Source: Octopus sinensis
Taxonomy: Eukaryota
Length of the DNA: 64,000 bases
Direction of reading: 5' to 3'
NCBI RefSeq assembly: GCF_006345805.1
Contig: NC_042998.1
Coordinates: forward strand, 126,666,001 to 126,730,000
Both the position numbers and the translations under genes were made by a program. Shown here piece after piece: positions 1-12,971 of this stretch. Under the pieces are notes generated by a model, which searched no databases, was not told the DNA's origin, and was given only the letters and a program-made list of their open reading frames with translations. Every line of letters begins with the position of its first letter. Position 1 is the stretch's first letter.

Positions 1-450
1 TGCGCGTGCGAGCACCACACGTACACATACGTATACAAACAATCCCGCTCTCTGGCACACACATACACACATTAGTTCCGGTCAACTTCTCGACTTAGTG
101 GTGTTTATTAAGCAGCTGAAGTAATGTTGTAATGGTTCTTCAGGAGTATTTTGTTCACGTGCGGCACTCACAGACAAATAATAAGGTAGGTGGGTTGATT
201 GAATAGTTTACACTGCTTGTCTGTTGTCTAACGACGTTACTTCTATATTTTTAAGCACGTTTTATTTATTTACGCGTGTTTATTCCTTTTAATTTATTTA
301 CTTCTTTGCTTTTCATTTACAAAAATTCACATTTTTGTCTCTCTCTTTCTCCCCCCTCTTTCTCTATATATCGTTTTAACGGTAGATCTCGAAGGCGATA
401 AAGCTATAAATAACAGCATGCAGAATATAGGCTTATACCAAAGCAACTGA

Positions 451-756
451 TATACTGGCACGCCGTCGGTTACTACGACGAGAGTTCCAGTTGATCGGAT
501 CAATGGAACAGCCCGCTCGTGAAATTAACGTGCATGTGGGTGAGCACTCCACAAACACGTGTACCTTTAACATAGTTCTCAGGGAGATCCAGTATGACAC
601 AGAGTGTAACAAGGCTGACCCTTTGAAATACAGGTACTACTCATTTTTGCTAGCTGAGTGGACTGGAACAACGTGAAATAAAGTGTTTTGCTCAAGGACA
701 CAACGTCCTTGCGATCGCGAACCGAATACCCTAACCACTAAGCCAGGTGTCTTCAC
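451..756 (-). mobile_element. tRNA-derived SINE, family A (CORE-like body)
   Basis: The minus strand begins with an A-box-like TGGCTTAGTGGTTAGGGTATTCGG, then GTTGTGTCCTTGAGCAAAACACTT (CORE-like). About 210 bp match 1438-1647 in inverted orientation. Confidence 0.8.
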
Positions 757-919
757 TATAAAAGTTTGAGTCCCACGGGCAACCTACAAATGCTTTCTAG
801 CTAGTATTCTGAATACTATTACTCATATCTTTTTCGAAATCCACCGTTAAAATAATTTATTTTATATCTGTCAGAGTTTCTAAAAATAAGTAAATAAAAA
901 ATTCTTATAATGTAAACAA

Positions 920-962
<43 letters not shown>

Positions 963-1437
963 AATTAGAAAAAACACCTTTTATCAATTCAATAATGAAA
1001 TATTAAATTATACCATTTAGAAAAATTGCATATTATAGAAAGATTAAATATAAGATAAAACATATAACAATGATTAAGTAATGTGTAAAATAATAAATAA
1101 AACGTATATATTTGGTAGAATAACGACACGTGTTTCGTGGCTATATTTAAGAAATGATAATAGTAATAATGATAGTAGTAGTAGTAAAATCACTTCAATA
1201 TAAATATAGCCACCCTTTTGTGAAATTTGATTTAGTATTTCTAAATTGAATTTTCCCCGTAAGTTTGGAATAACATTCCCTCATATTATATATATATATA
1301 TATAATCAAAATAAGCAACAAGGATATCCAGAAGTAATGCAATGCGATCGTTTCAAGCAACTCCATTTAATTGAACAATGCAATCCTCACATCAATTTAA
1401 ATTCAGAGCAATCCTCAGTGGAAAAAAAAAATATATG

Positions 1438-1642
1438 CCACTCATCTAGCAAGAATGAGTAGTATCTGTCTTTCAAAGGGCCATCCTTGACACATTCTGT
1501 GTCACGCTGAATCTCCCTGAGAACTACGTTAAGGGTACACGTGCCTGTGGAGTGCTCAGCCTCATGCATGTTAATTTCACGAGCAGGCTGTTCCGTTGAC
1601 GGATCAACTGGAACCGTCCTCGTCATAAACGACGGAGTGCCA

Positions 1643-1647
<5 letters not shown>
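1438..1647 (+). mobile_element. 5'-truncated SINE family A copy
   Basis: Its reverse complement aligns by eye with 451-661 (e.g. GGTTCCAGTTGATC, GCTCGTGAAATTAAC, GTTCTCAGGGAGAT). It ends in a (TA)n tail. Confidence 0.8.
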
Positions 1648-1685
<38 letters not shown>

Positions 1686-2269
1686 ATAATTTGAATTAAT
1701 TCTTTATTAGCGGTATCGTCCGTTCAATAGGACTGTGTTTGTGTATGCGTGGGTATGTGGAAGCATGTATACCTACACTTGCAAACTTATGTAATGTACT
1801 TCATCTAATGAGGAGCTCACCCATCGGGAGGGAGGTATGAATACATCCTAGCTAAGGATAATGTAGAGCTGTGCGAGAGGCCAGAAGAACGCGACAGCTC
1901 CCCTCTTAAGCTAATCGTGGACACCATAAAAGTGACGGCTTTTCATTGTGTGATACCACAAAAAAAGTGGAGAAAACTGAAAAAAAAGGGATATATTAAA
2001 TAAAGGTATATTATTGACATCATGCATAAAAATTTGTTTTAAGTGTTTTCCGTTTGTGCGCAGTCCATCTCAACCCACTCTCTCAAGCTGTGTAAGCGAA
2101 ACTGGTTCTAAGAAAGGTAAGTATGGAAAACTGAGACTCATTGATGATAATCACCCTTGCCGTTGCAATCCACATCATATATGAGCTTAACAAAGTTTGT
2201 CTTTTAGTTCGATCAAAATGTAACTAAATTAATACCTTAAAATATATTGCATCAATATTTAGTTGACCT

Positions 2270-2455
2270 TACGGCAGCGAACGAGCAGGATCGTGAGCAC
2301 GACGGGAAAAAATGCGAAGCGGAATTTTGTCCGTCTGTACCTTCTGAGTTTAAATTCCACCGAAGTCGACTTTGCCTTTCACCCTTTCGGGGTCGATAAA
2401 ATAAATACCAGTTGATCTAATCGACTTACCCTCTCCCCGGAATTGCTGAAAACGT
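2270..2455 (+). mobile_element. tRNA-derived SINE family C copy
   Basis: Contains the family C core CTGAGTTTAAATTCCACCGAAGTCGACTTTGCCTTTCACCCTTTCGGGGTCGATAAAATAAATACCAG, which recurs about 25 times in the window. Confidence 0.85.
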
Positions 2456-2527
2456 TTGAGGGCTGTAGGTTAGTCGATACCATTGACCTTAAGTTCTTGT
2501 CTTGTATATTAACCTTACCTCATTTAA

Positions 2528-2781
2528 CCCCTTAGCATTCAAACCGGCCATATCAGACCCAAATATTTTATCTATTGTATATTCAGACTGGCAATAACAA
2601 GTCCAAGTAGTCTACCTCTTATATGTTTAATAGGTCAAACCCAGATGCTCTTAGAGTATCATTCTAAAAATGAACAATCACATCATTGAAATGTCAAAGC
2701 TACCAGATAACGTGGGATTAATTCAAAACGAGGTGAATAAGCAAACATTACATTCGACAGAGTAATTTGAATGTTAGAGGG
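2528..2781. mobile_element. piggyBac-type MITE
   Basis: TTAA at 2524-2527 and 2782-2785. Inverted ends CCCCTTAGCATTCAAA / TTTGAATGTTAGAGGG. Confidence 0.8.
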
Positions 2782-3809
2782 TTAATGTTGACTTTGACAT
2801 ATTTGAATTCAGAATGCAAAGAGTCGGAACAAATGCTGTAATTTCCAACTCTGTAACGATTCTGCTAGCTCGCCGCCTTCATTTAATGACTAATAATAAA
2901 ACACAGGGCAGTAGATTACGTAGACACACTATTGCTGGCTCAAATGAAAATCGAGAGATTACATAGAGACACTATTGTTGGCTCGAATAAAATCGTTAAT
3001 GTTGCTGAGACAATATGTCATTAGTGAGTACAGTAGAAGAGGGAAAACTTCTGATGAACCAGCTCTACGGGGCCATTTCAATTCCCAGTTAACGCATTAA
3101 CTCTTTTCTTTCTCCTTATACATATTGGAGCCATTGTGTCGAAACAAGAGACTCAGTTTCCAATCAGCTTTTGTGACGTCACCCTCAGCGCGTTGTGTTC
3201 CAGAACTGAAATTCGCAAACCGTTTGGATCGTAGGAAGGATCATCTTTTACATAGTTTCATGATTTTCTAGATACGGCAGTCAAATTGCCTTAGACCACA
3301 CCCTACTGCTTTAGAAAAAGGAAGGACACGCTGAACAACGTAGGTCAAGATATAAAAAATATGGGATGGGTACAACTAGAACTTTTTGACCAAAAGACTC
3401 CGACTCGGACCACCACCGCCACCCATAATAACCCACTTGCACCCTTCATCTATCCAATGCAAAATATATGAACTATATACAAATCAGAACTGGGAAAATC
3501 TTATACTTTTTATGAAAGAAATAAAATAGCAAAAACCAACAAGCAAAGAAACTTTAATAACAGCAATGAAACGTTACTGTATGCTTTGAACCACTTGGTT
3601 TGGCAAACACTTCCGTATTTCAGGGGTTCAAATTTCATCCTAGTGATGGAATGAACCAAACCCAAAAGAACGTGTTAAATAAATTACAGAACAATAAAAC
3701 TTTCCATTGTATTTTATATATTATATAAATATATTTAAGTAAAGTAGTTTTCGAAAAATCTATAAGAAATACTGGACACAAGATGTGTGCGTGTATATAT
3801 ATGTGCCTG

Positions 3810-3863
<54 letters not shown>

Positions 3864-5266
3864 GGTGCATAGCGTGTGTAAGCACTTGCATACAAACAGC
3901 TACACATAACACATATACAAGAAGACTTGTTTGTTCCTTATTTTTATCCACCCCTTTTCTCCAACCGACCACTTGGATGAAATACGAGGTGAATTTCGAC
4001 ATAAAATAGGTTAGACCATTGTCACATGTCTTTTAACTATGTTCATTATCTGAATTTGTGTGCGTGCGCGCGCGTGATGAATATATTAACATTGCAAATT
4101 TTATATACTTGTAAATATTCATACGTGCTCACATATTTCGTGCCCAGAAAAAAATATTCATATAAGTGCATATAGAAAAAAATATATAAATATACGTTTG
4201 TACTTATTTTAGTAGATAATATTAGAATTTATTATCAAGAGTCTTTTCATTTTAAAATACATTTGAATATATCCTAGCTCTAAACATAGATTTTATTTCG
4301 TATTTATTGGGCCTTTGCTAAACTGCTCTTCACTAAAAAATATTGTCGGTATATTAGCGGACCGCCTCTTACTATTATTAATATAATAAACCAGTTCAGA
4401 CATAGTGTTTTACTGTAACAAATAACGCAACATTCCGGATGCATTTGTATTTGTCTGGTTTTCTCTTCGGCTTTAGCGGTTTGCACACAGGTGGTATATA
4501 CCTCTTATTCCGTGTCTTTGGTGACAGACTCATACAATACATTTTAAATGTGGCTCTATTAGAAACATGAATTCGTTTCCAGTGAAAATTATATGAACAT
4601 AAAAATTTATTTATTTTAATATTTAACCAGTCATATTTTCGATTGCCTTTTCGTTTTAGCCATTTTATATTTTAAAATATTATCGCTTTAAACTAGATTT
4701 TATTTTCATATTTATCGATTCCTTTGTCGAAACGTGCTTCGTCAATATGGTACTTATCAATCTATAGACAACAACTTTAATACAACACTGGTTTTGTTTT
4801 CATCGCCATTGTTGCGTGTGAAATACATAACTACAAACACAGATTTTTTGTTTTCTTTTACTCAGGAATAAAAGCATTTTCTTTGATCCGTTACAGAACC
4901 TCTGGTGTTAGTGGGACTGAGGGAGGTAGGCATCTTCAAATTGGGAACTGGCTCGAATGCTTGCAATAGAATGTTCTCTACTAAAGGCAACTAAGACGTC
5001 ACGCGGTAGCGCTAAAGCGGGCGACGGGTTCAGTCTACCACTTACGTAAGCCATGGTGGGATTTGATCTCGCAATACTAACAGTCAGAACAAATACCACA
5101 AGATATCCGGTCTGATGTTCTTACAATTGTGTTAATCGACCAACTTGGGTTGATACTTTTTTTTATCGATCCTCAAAGGATTAAAGACAACGTTGACCTG
5201 AAAACGCTAAGTAGGAACAAATATGCGCATATATATGTGTGTGTGTGTGTGTGAGAAAGAGAGAGA

Positions 5267-5297
<31 letters not shown>

Positions 5298-5299
5298 GG

Positions 5300-5374
<75 letters not shown>

Positions 5375-5689
5375 CGTGTTCCCGCACAGATTCCTCTACA
5401 GGTTATCGCTCAATATATTGGTCAATCTGTATTAACCGTGGAAAACACTTGCTCCAGGTACAATAAAGTGGCATATAACCCGAAACCATGTGACTGCCAG
5501 CGAATATCTTAACCGCACAGCTATGCCTGCGCCTCTTTGTGTGTGTGCATGTATGCGTTCATGTATGTATGTTGTATGTATATATGTGTGTGTGTGTGTA
5601 ACATATACGTTATATTTACACATAATTATATAACACACACACACACACACACACACTTAAACTCTCTCTCTCTTTCTCACACGCACATA

Positions 5690-5992
5690 TAAGAAAATTC
5701 TCGGAAGCAAAAACTGATGAAGCAGATAAATTACTCAATGCAGGAGACATGAGATGAATCAGAAACGCTTGTGAATTAATAAATGAGATTAATGGTAAAA
5801 TGAAGAGATCAAAAAGATTTCTTGTGTTTAGTATTGATGGGAAACTAATAACATCTGATATAAACATCCAAGAAAGATGGAAGCAACATTTTGATACAGT
5901 TATAAACAAGGTATTTAATGAGAGCAATGCTCTGATAATTCATGAATCACAAGAAAAGCTTGAGGTGGCTGTATATGATATATATATTGCGT
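5690..5992 (+). mobile_element. Non-LTR retrotransposon (RTE-like) fragment, endonuclease-RT linker
   Basis: The translation DGKLITSDINIQERWKQHF resembles the conserved DG..LT....I.ERW.EHF linker of APE-type LINE ORF2. Confidence 0.55.
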
Positions 5993-6544
5993 AAAACTAG
6001 CCAGTGATATTGCACAACTAAATAACTGGCTCTCGGATTAGAATGAATTGCAAGAGGAATATTAAAAACAGAACACTGACTGCATCCTATAGGCATCGAC
6101 AAATTTTTGTCTGTCAAATTTCACTCAAAGGTACGGAGAGACCCAATTCTGTAGTAAAATACACCTATCTAGGACAATTTGTCATCTGATCGGGCCGTTG
6201 GCGATTAAACCGCAGCCGTACTAAGCTTGCTTAGTAAGGAGCGAGGTTTTCGTTGGAGATCCTGCGGAACGGAAAGTAAAATCTGTCAAAGGGAAGATGA
6301 ACTCAGTAAAGTTAACAGCCATCCAACAGTTGGGATTGGGAGACCCAATGTCTTGCCTTAGACATGTCTCACGAAAAAGGAAAACTCTGTAATTTCGATT
6401 GCAATGATGTAGACTAGTTCTTTTTGGGCAAATGTATACATTGTTTAGAGAATGGGACTAGCCTTATGTAAAACATTTCCTCACTTTAAAAAGCTTCAAG
6501 CAAAGGAGCTGATTTTTAACTTATTATATGTCGTGTACTGTGAC

Positions 6545-6766
6545 CGGCTGTGACCGAAAAAGGCAAAACACTCAAGGAAAAATTCCATGATGAAATGAAG
6601 GCATGTATCAGCGCGGGTGATAAATTCACTGAACACCAGCGGCAAGAGACAAGACAACCTTCGTTGCCACCACTGTGCATAAGAGTGTGGGTCTTTCACA
6701 AGATTAAAAAAGCCAATCCACACGGCTTATGTTTAAGAGAGCAATCAAGTGATGACATTGCTCGAA

Positions 6767-6770
<4 letters not shown>
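6545..6770 (+). mobile_element. Possible RTE-type LINE 3' end remnant
   Basis: Basic stretch followed by a degenerate C/H-rich segment, ending at a (TA)n tract. Similarity is weak. Confidence 0.3.
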
Positions 6771-6806
<36 letters not shown>

Positions 6807-6807
<1 letters not shown>

Positions 6808-6907
6808 AAAGGAGCAACAGGACATCAAGAAGTGACGCAGTACGACCGTTTCAAGCCGCTAGAGACGGTCGTACTGCATCACTTCTTGATATCCTGTTGC
6901 TTATTTT
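6807..6907. repeat. Long near-perfect inverted repeat (about 46-bp stem, 9-nt loop)
   Basis: AGCAACAGGACATCAAGAAGTGACGCAGTACGACCGTTTC versus GAGACGGTCGTACTGCATCACTTCTTGATATCCTGTTGCT: 37/40 complementary, loop AAGCCGCTA. Confidence 0.95.
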
Positions 6908-7513
6908 AATCTTATTCACCTTACTTCGAGCTATGCAGATTATATCGCACTGACTTGGTGCTTCAACTTAAGTACCTAATTCAACTCAGATGAATACCAC
7001 CTCTTGATCCCCTCAATTTTCTTATTGCTATATATATATATATATAAAGTTAGTTCCTACGTACATTTCAACATTATGGTTGCTTGGAATCCTGCATTAG
7101 CTGTTCTAATTGCGTATAGATGCTTAACCAGATCATCAAGGAACACCTTGTTGCATTAAGTTAATACCAAGTGTTGGGTAGATAGCAAAGCATTTATAAG
7201 TATTTTGAGAGGGAAAGGGAAAGAAAGCAATTGGTAGGAAAAGAAAAAAAAAAGACTATGAAACAAGAGAAGAGAGAGAGAGTGGAAGAGAGGAACATCG
7301 AAGACAAATAGAAAATAGTGAGTAAAAAAGTTAAGTGATAGAAAAAAAAGAAAAGAGAAAGAGTTAGAGAGGAAACCAGGAAGAGGAAAAAGAAAACGAA
7401 TGACAGAAACAAAGTAATCTGGACAGCCATAACAGGGATAAATAAAAATATAGAAATGTAAAGCAACACGATAATTTCAGTGAAATGATTATATAAATGC
7501 AGAGTAGGAGAGA

Positions 7514-7560
<47 letters not shown>

Positions 7561-7840
7561 AGCAGTATTTAAGAAGTTTGCTTTTCGATGACAAAGTCCA
7601 GGGTTCAATCTTGTACAAGTGTCTTTTACAATAGTCGCGAGTCGTCCTGAGCCTTGTGAGAAAAATTGAATGGAAAGAAACTATGCTGAAACGCTTAGGA
7701 TGGTTTGTACTCATAATTAAAAGGTCCTGCCTGGTCACATTATGTTACAGTGATTTCGTTGGACATATATATCGAAGAGGCACGCCCTTCATATGACTGG
7801 TAACTTAGGAAGTATAATTTTCTCTCCATGGGTAATATTA

Positions 7841-7874
<34 letters not shown>

Positions 7875-8710
7875 TAGCACACGCAATAATTATGATTTAA
7901 CTTTTATCAAATTTCTTGGTGCTTAAAATGAGGAAATGAATTGTAATTTTCAAAAGAAAAATATTTATTACCTTAAAATTAAATAAAGCAAAATTCTTAT
8001 TTGTCTATTTGCAATAAAAATATATGATATTTTTCTAAAATTTTATCAGCATAATCGCAATCTTTTCCATCGAAAATGTATCTTTGCGAAAATTCCATTA
8101 AAAAAGAAATGAATAGTTTTTAGAATGGTATGAGACTCATCCCGCACCTCTTACGTTAATTGTTAATTCTCTCTGTCTCTCTCTCTCTCTCCTTTCTCTC
8201 TTCAATGTACAGGGTGACTGGAGAAATCAACCAAGTAACCAACATTTATATCGGTGATGATGATTATTATTATTGATATTATATATATGTATGTGTATTG
8301 TGTGTGTCTATGTGTGTGTATACAATGTCGCATCGTATAAATGTGTATCTGTGTGTATGTACATGTATGCGTGTGGTTATTATATTTGTGTGTAGGTGTG
8401 TGTGTTTGTTTATTATATACAGATATAAAAAATGTGGATTTTCCAAACGTGATGATAGAATATTACTTAAATCCTTTTATCTTGTTTTGCGTGTTATTGA
8501 CAACAACATCAACACGCATGCGCGTGACACACTAACCACACAAAGATTAAAATATTTATGCAGAATTTTCTCATTTCCTTACGAAATTTCAGACTTTTTA
8601 AAATATCTGTTTATAAGTAATGTTAATTTTGCTTCTAACTAATTTTTCCATTCTTATTAAAATATCTCAGTGTATTGTCAAGAACATTTATTACCATATA
8701 TATATATATA

Positions 8711-8748
<38 letters not shown>

Positions 8749-9099
8749 TGTGTGTGTATGTGTGTATGTGTGTGTGTGTTTTTATTATTTTATCTGTTTC
8801 AGCTGAAAGCTATCGCCATGCTGGGGCACTGCTGATTTGTTACACTGTTATTATTGAGGATTTCCTTTGATATGTTGCATTTGATGAATAAGTGAGTTTG
8901 ATGTCACTGCTCTCATTTGCGCCTCCTGTCGCGAGGTAGGTTTATCTAGGACTCTCGACAGGAAGAGATTCAGTTTTGATTTGAAAACAGCTCTTTGGGA
9001 GAATATTAGAAAGCTGTGAGACCCTAAAACCCAATGCGTGACGGCATTGCTGGGATCTTTGGCACTGTGCAGTGTCAACCCGTCCTGGCATTTGTGTAG

Positions 9100-10592
9100 C
9101 TTTCAATGCTAAAATTTGGTACATTCCCTTCCAGGATCTTTCAGATGTATATTACTGCATATCTATCCCGACTTCGCTCCAGGGAGTAGAGTCTTAACCG
9201 TTTCAGCTTTCCCAGTAGCTGAGCTGTTGCAATGAGACGATCTTCTTTGTGAAACTTCGCTGGGTTGCTTCAAGGCCCACTGTTACTTTTACACTGTTGG
9301 ATGACCATAGCTAGGAGCAGTAGTCCAGGTGGCCGAGAACAAATGTCCTCCAGAGGACCATCATTGTTTCCTTCTCTGTGGTTCTGAAGGTTCTCAGGAT
9401 CCAGCCAGCCAGCCGTCTGCACTTTGTCACCATCTTGGTAAAGAGCACTTGGAAAGAGGTATCATCACCCATGTCGATACCCAGGTCCCGCACTGATTTA
9501 GATTCTGGGATTGTAATCCCCCGTGAGCCAGTGTATCCTGTAAGTTTTACGTTCAGTTTTGGGTGCTGGTAGCGCAGGGTTTGGAACTTTCCAGCATTAA
9601 ACTGCATATTATTGTCCTCAGCCCATCTGTAAATTGAACCCAACTCCTGCTGCAGGAGTGCAAAATCGCTAAGGTTTTGTATTTTTTGCGAGACTTTCGT
9701 ATCGTCTGCGTAGCTAGCAAGGATGGCCATCCGGACAGCTGAGGGCATATCTGAGAGGAACACCACTTGCTATTTGTGTATTCTTTGAGGTGGCTCCATT
9801 GGCCACTACTACCCGACTTCTGTCTTTCAGAAAGTCCTGTAACCACTCTCCAAGTTTTCCAACTATACCAAAATCACGTAGTTTGTGGCATATCATACCA
9901 TGATCAACTTTATCAAAAACTTTTGCAAAGTCAAGGTATAATTCGTCCACATTTGAGTTGTCGAGTAACTGCCTCGACACGCAATCTTAGTACTGTAGCA
10001 GCTAGGTTAGGCAGCTCCCACCTGGTTGAAAACCATGCTGTGTATCACTCAGCAAGTTGTTTTCTTCAAGGAATACGACTTTTTTCTCCCTGACGATTCG
10101 TTCCATGACTTTACTGATGTGCGAAGTTAGATAGATAGGACTATAATTTTTGGCATCTGCTCTGCTTCCTCCTTTATGGACTGGGCATATTATTCCCTCC
10201 TTCAGTTTACTTGGCAGCTTGCCATTTACAAGAAAGCTCTGGAAGAAAATCTGTAGTGGTTTCACCAGAGCACGTTTACACGATTTGAGGTGGACTGCTG
10301 GGAAACCATCGCGTCCAGCAGTTGAGCCTGCATCCACCGCATCTATAATTAGTATTATATCTTCTTCCCCAATGTTGATGTAATCCATTGTAACTGCCTC
10401 GCTGGTTATAGGTGGGGCGGCAAAGAAATTCACTGGTTCGTTCACTTGTCTGTGTTCCAACGGGGTGGTAAAGATACTTTTGAACTGGCCATTCAGTACC
10501 TCACTGATCTTGGTTGGATTATTTGTGAGGGAGCCATCCTTCTGGAAGAGGGGTTCTGTTTTGCAGTGTACTGAGGCTGTTCTTTTTGGCAT
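9100..10592 (-). pseudogene. LINE ORF2 reverse transcriptase, frameshifted
   Basis: ORFs 10002-10592, 9714-9980 and 9311-9766 are consecutive RT segments in different frames. Confidence 0.9.
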
Positions 10593-11692
10593 AATGAAAG
10601 AAGGCCTGTGGATTTGGTTTGATGTTTTCTATAACCCAGGTTTCTTTGCTCTCTCTCCTTCACATAGAATTTTTGTTTTCAATCTCCATCAGTTTTGAGC
10701 TTGTGCTCTGGAACATATTTCTGGCATATGGTTTGCATAACAGACACGAAATATTCTAGTTTCATGCCAATGTCTGGTGTAGAGAAACATTTCGATAAGT
10801 CCTGTCTGAGGATCTCTTTTTGGATCGATTTCCAGTCTGCTTTGTGGAAGTTCAGATTGGAGAGATTTTTGGTGCTTCCTTTAGGCTGCATGTCGCTGGT
10901 TACTTTTGATCCATATGCAGATAGCTCTATCATGTTGTGATCCTAAACTAATGTCGGTGTCACTTTCACATTATGAACCATGTCCATATAGTTTGTGAGG
11001 TAGAGATCCATTATCCAATATGTCATTCGCCATGGTTGGTCGTAGCAAAATTTGCTCCATGAATAGGGCATTGGTGAAATTGAGCAGGGACTCCACCTGT
11101 ACTTGTTTGCAATGAGTCATTCCTGGGAGCATGAGGCCCTTGGGCTTTTGACACTGGGGAAGTTGAAATCACCCATAAGAAACACACTCATGTGATGTTC
11201 TAGTTTCCTGAGGGTTTTTTATATTCTTGTGAAGCAATCTTCAAACTTGCCTGCGCGGTTTGGAGAATCCGGTGGGCAATATGTATTGCATATGACTATA
11301 TTGTGTTGTCTTATGTATACAACTAGAGTGTCACATACTGAATTTGAGTATGACAGAAGGACCTGGGGTGTAAGGTCCTCACGGATACATCCTCACAGAT
11401 GTATACAACGACTCCACCATGGCTCCTTTTCATTCTGTCTGTTCGCAGTATGGTATATTTTGGTACTTGTACTCCTGCATCCTCTATATCAGGGCTCAGA
11501 TGAGTTTCCACGAGTGCTATGCATAGGGCTTGATTGCATGCAGCAAGGTCTCTCAGGAAAAAAGATTTTGTTTTTGTTGTTGTGATGCAACAAGCCTCCA
11601 ATATTTAGTAAAAATGTAGGCATGACGGCTATGCTGGTGTTAGGGGAGGCCATCTCGTGTATGTTGATTGTGGTGGTCTTGCGCAGAGGTGT

Positions 11693-11986
11693 TCAAGGTC
11701 CCGTGTTTGCGCTTGATGTAGCCAGGTCAGCTGCTGCACAATCTTTTGCACCACTCACAATAAAAGACTCTTGATCAGCTGCTTCCTTTCGTATAACATC
11801 TGAAGAGCGCACTGCATTTGCATACTTTCTTTCTGGAGACGAGTGGTGCCTTTCGTCTGAGAAGTATTTCTCTGTAAGGTCCCTGCAGTTTTGGTGGGGT
11901 CTCGGGTGAGCAAACCGGCAGTTTATACCGTCTTCCCCATGCCAACATTTGCCTTGCAGGTAAAATTTGCATGTTCTCGTCATCAC
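11693..11986 (-). pseudogene. LINE ORF1 remnant with CCCH-type zinc finger
   Basis: CKFYLQGKCWHGEDGINCRFAHPRP, directly upstream of the APE domain on the same strand. Confidence 0.75.
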
Positions 11987-12342
11987 TCCAAATTTTTCCT
12001 CTCCTCTAGAGTTGCGGATTCCATTGGAGCCTTCATATTTAAGTTTTTGTTTCTTGTTTGGTGGTTTGGATTTTCAGTTTTAGTTTTAATTATTTCGTCT
12101 TTTCCTTTTCCTCCATCTTTTCTTTTTTTATATTTTTACTTCTCTTTCCTTCCTTTATTGGTGGTAGCCCTTGTATTCGTCTGGTTGTCCATAGGGGTGA
12201 GGGTTCCATTATTTTGTGGGATTAATGTCACAGAGGAACTTCTGCTTGACGCTTTGTCCTTATCAGTCTGGTTGTTCACAGGGGTGAGATATATATATAT
12301 ATATATATATATTTACACACAAACACACACATTTGTATGAGA

Positions 12343-12530
12343 GTGGCGGAACGTGGGTTAGTGGTTAGATTGTTGCACTCATGATCGTAAGATTGTGGTT
12401 ACGATTCCTGGATGGGCGATGTGTTGTGTTCTTGAGCAAAGCTCCTCATTCCACGTTGCTCCACTCCACTCTCCTGGTGTGAAAGAGGAATGCTGCGACG
12501 GGCCGATGCTTTTATACCCATGTCTCGAGA
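12343..12530 (+). mobile_element. SINE family A 5' part
   Basis: A-box GGGTTAGTGGTTAG, B-box-like GGTTACGATTCC, then GTTGTGTTCTTGAGCAAAGC. Confidence 0.7.
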
Positions 12531-12573
12531 AAGACTTTTGATTCGTTTTTGATATCAGTGCAGGGTGGCTAAA

Positions 12574-12885
12574 TGCGCAGGTGTAGCCGCATGGTTAAGA
12601 AGCTTGCTACCCAACGATGTGGGTCTTTGATTTGGTCCCAATGCGTGGCACCTTGGGCAAGTGTCTTCCACTATAGTGGGTTTGGTAGACGGAAATTGTG
12701 TACATGTCTTCGTGTTTGTCCCCGACCCCACCTGATAACTAATGTTGGTTTGTTTACGTTCCTGTAACTTGGCCCTTCGGCAAAAGAGACAATTTCAGTA
12801 AGTACCAGGCTTTAAAATAAGCACTGGGTTAAGTTTGACAAAAAACCCGTCAACTGCAGCCCAATGACAGAAACAGATAATGTAT
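12574..12885 (+). mobile_element. tRNA/CORE SINE family B copy
   Basis: GCGTGGCACCTTGGGCAAGTGTCTT core, GGTAGACGGAAA, and GTTTACGTTCCTGTAACTT...CAAAAGAGAC, all shared with the 48789-49199 copy. Confidence 0.8.
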
Positions 12886-12934
12886 ATATTATATTAAAAA
12901 AAATGAGTCCCCTCTGAGATTCGTCCTAGGCTGA

Positions 12935-12971
<37 letters not shown>

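Larger units (their letters stand above)
8850..12290 (-). mobile_element. Decayed CR1/L2-group LINE (ORF1 + APE + RT), 5'-truncated
   Basis: Colinear minus-strand pieces: CCCH-finger ORF1 (11693-11986), APE (ALVETHL...RTDRMKRSHGGV...MGDFNF-like), RT motifs (GSTAGRDGF, NYSPIYLTSHISKVMERI, QHGFQPGGSCL, LYLDFAKVFDKVDHG, SGVP, YADDTK, RDLGI, LDYCS). Many frameshifts and stops. Confidence 0.92.
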
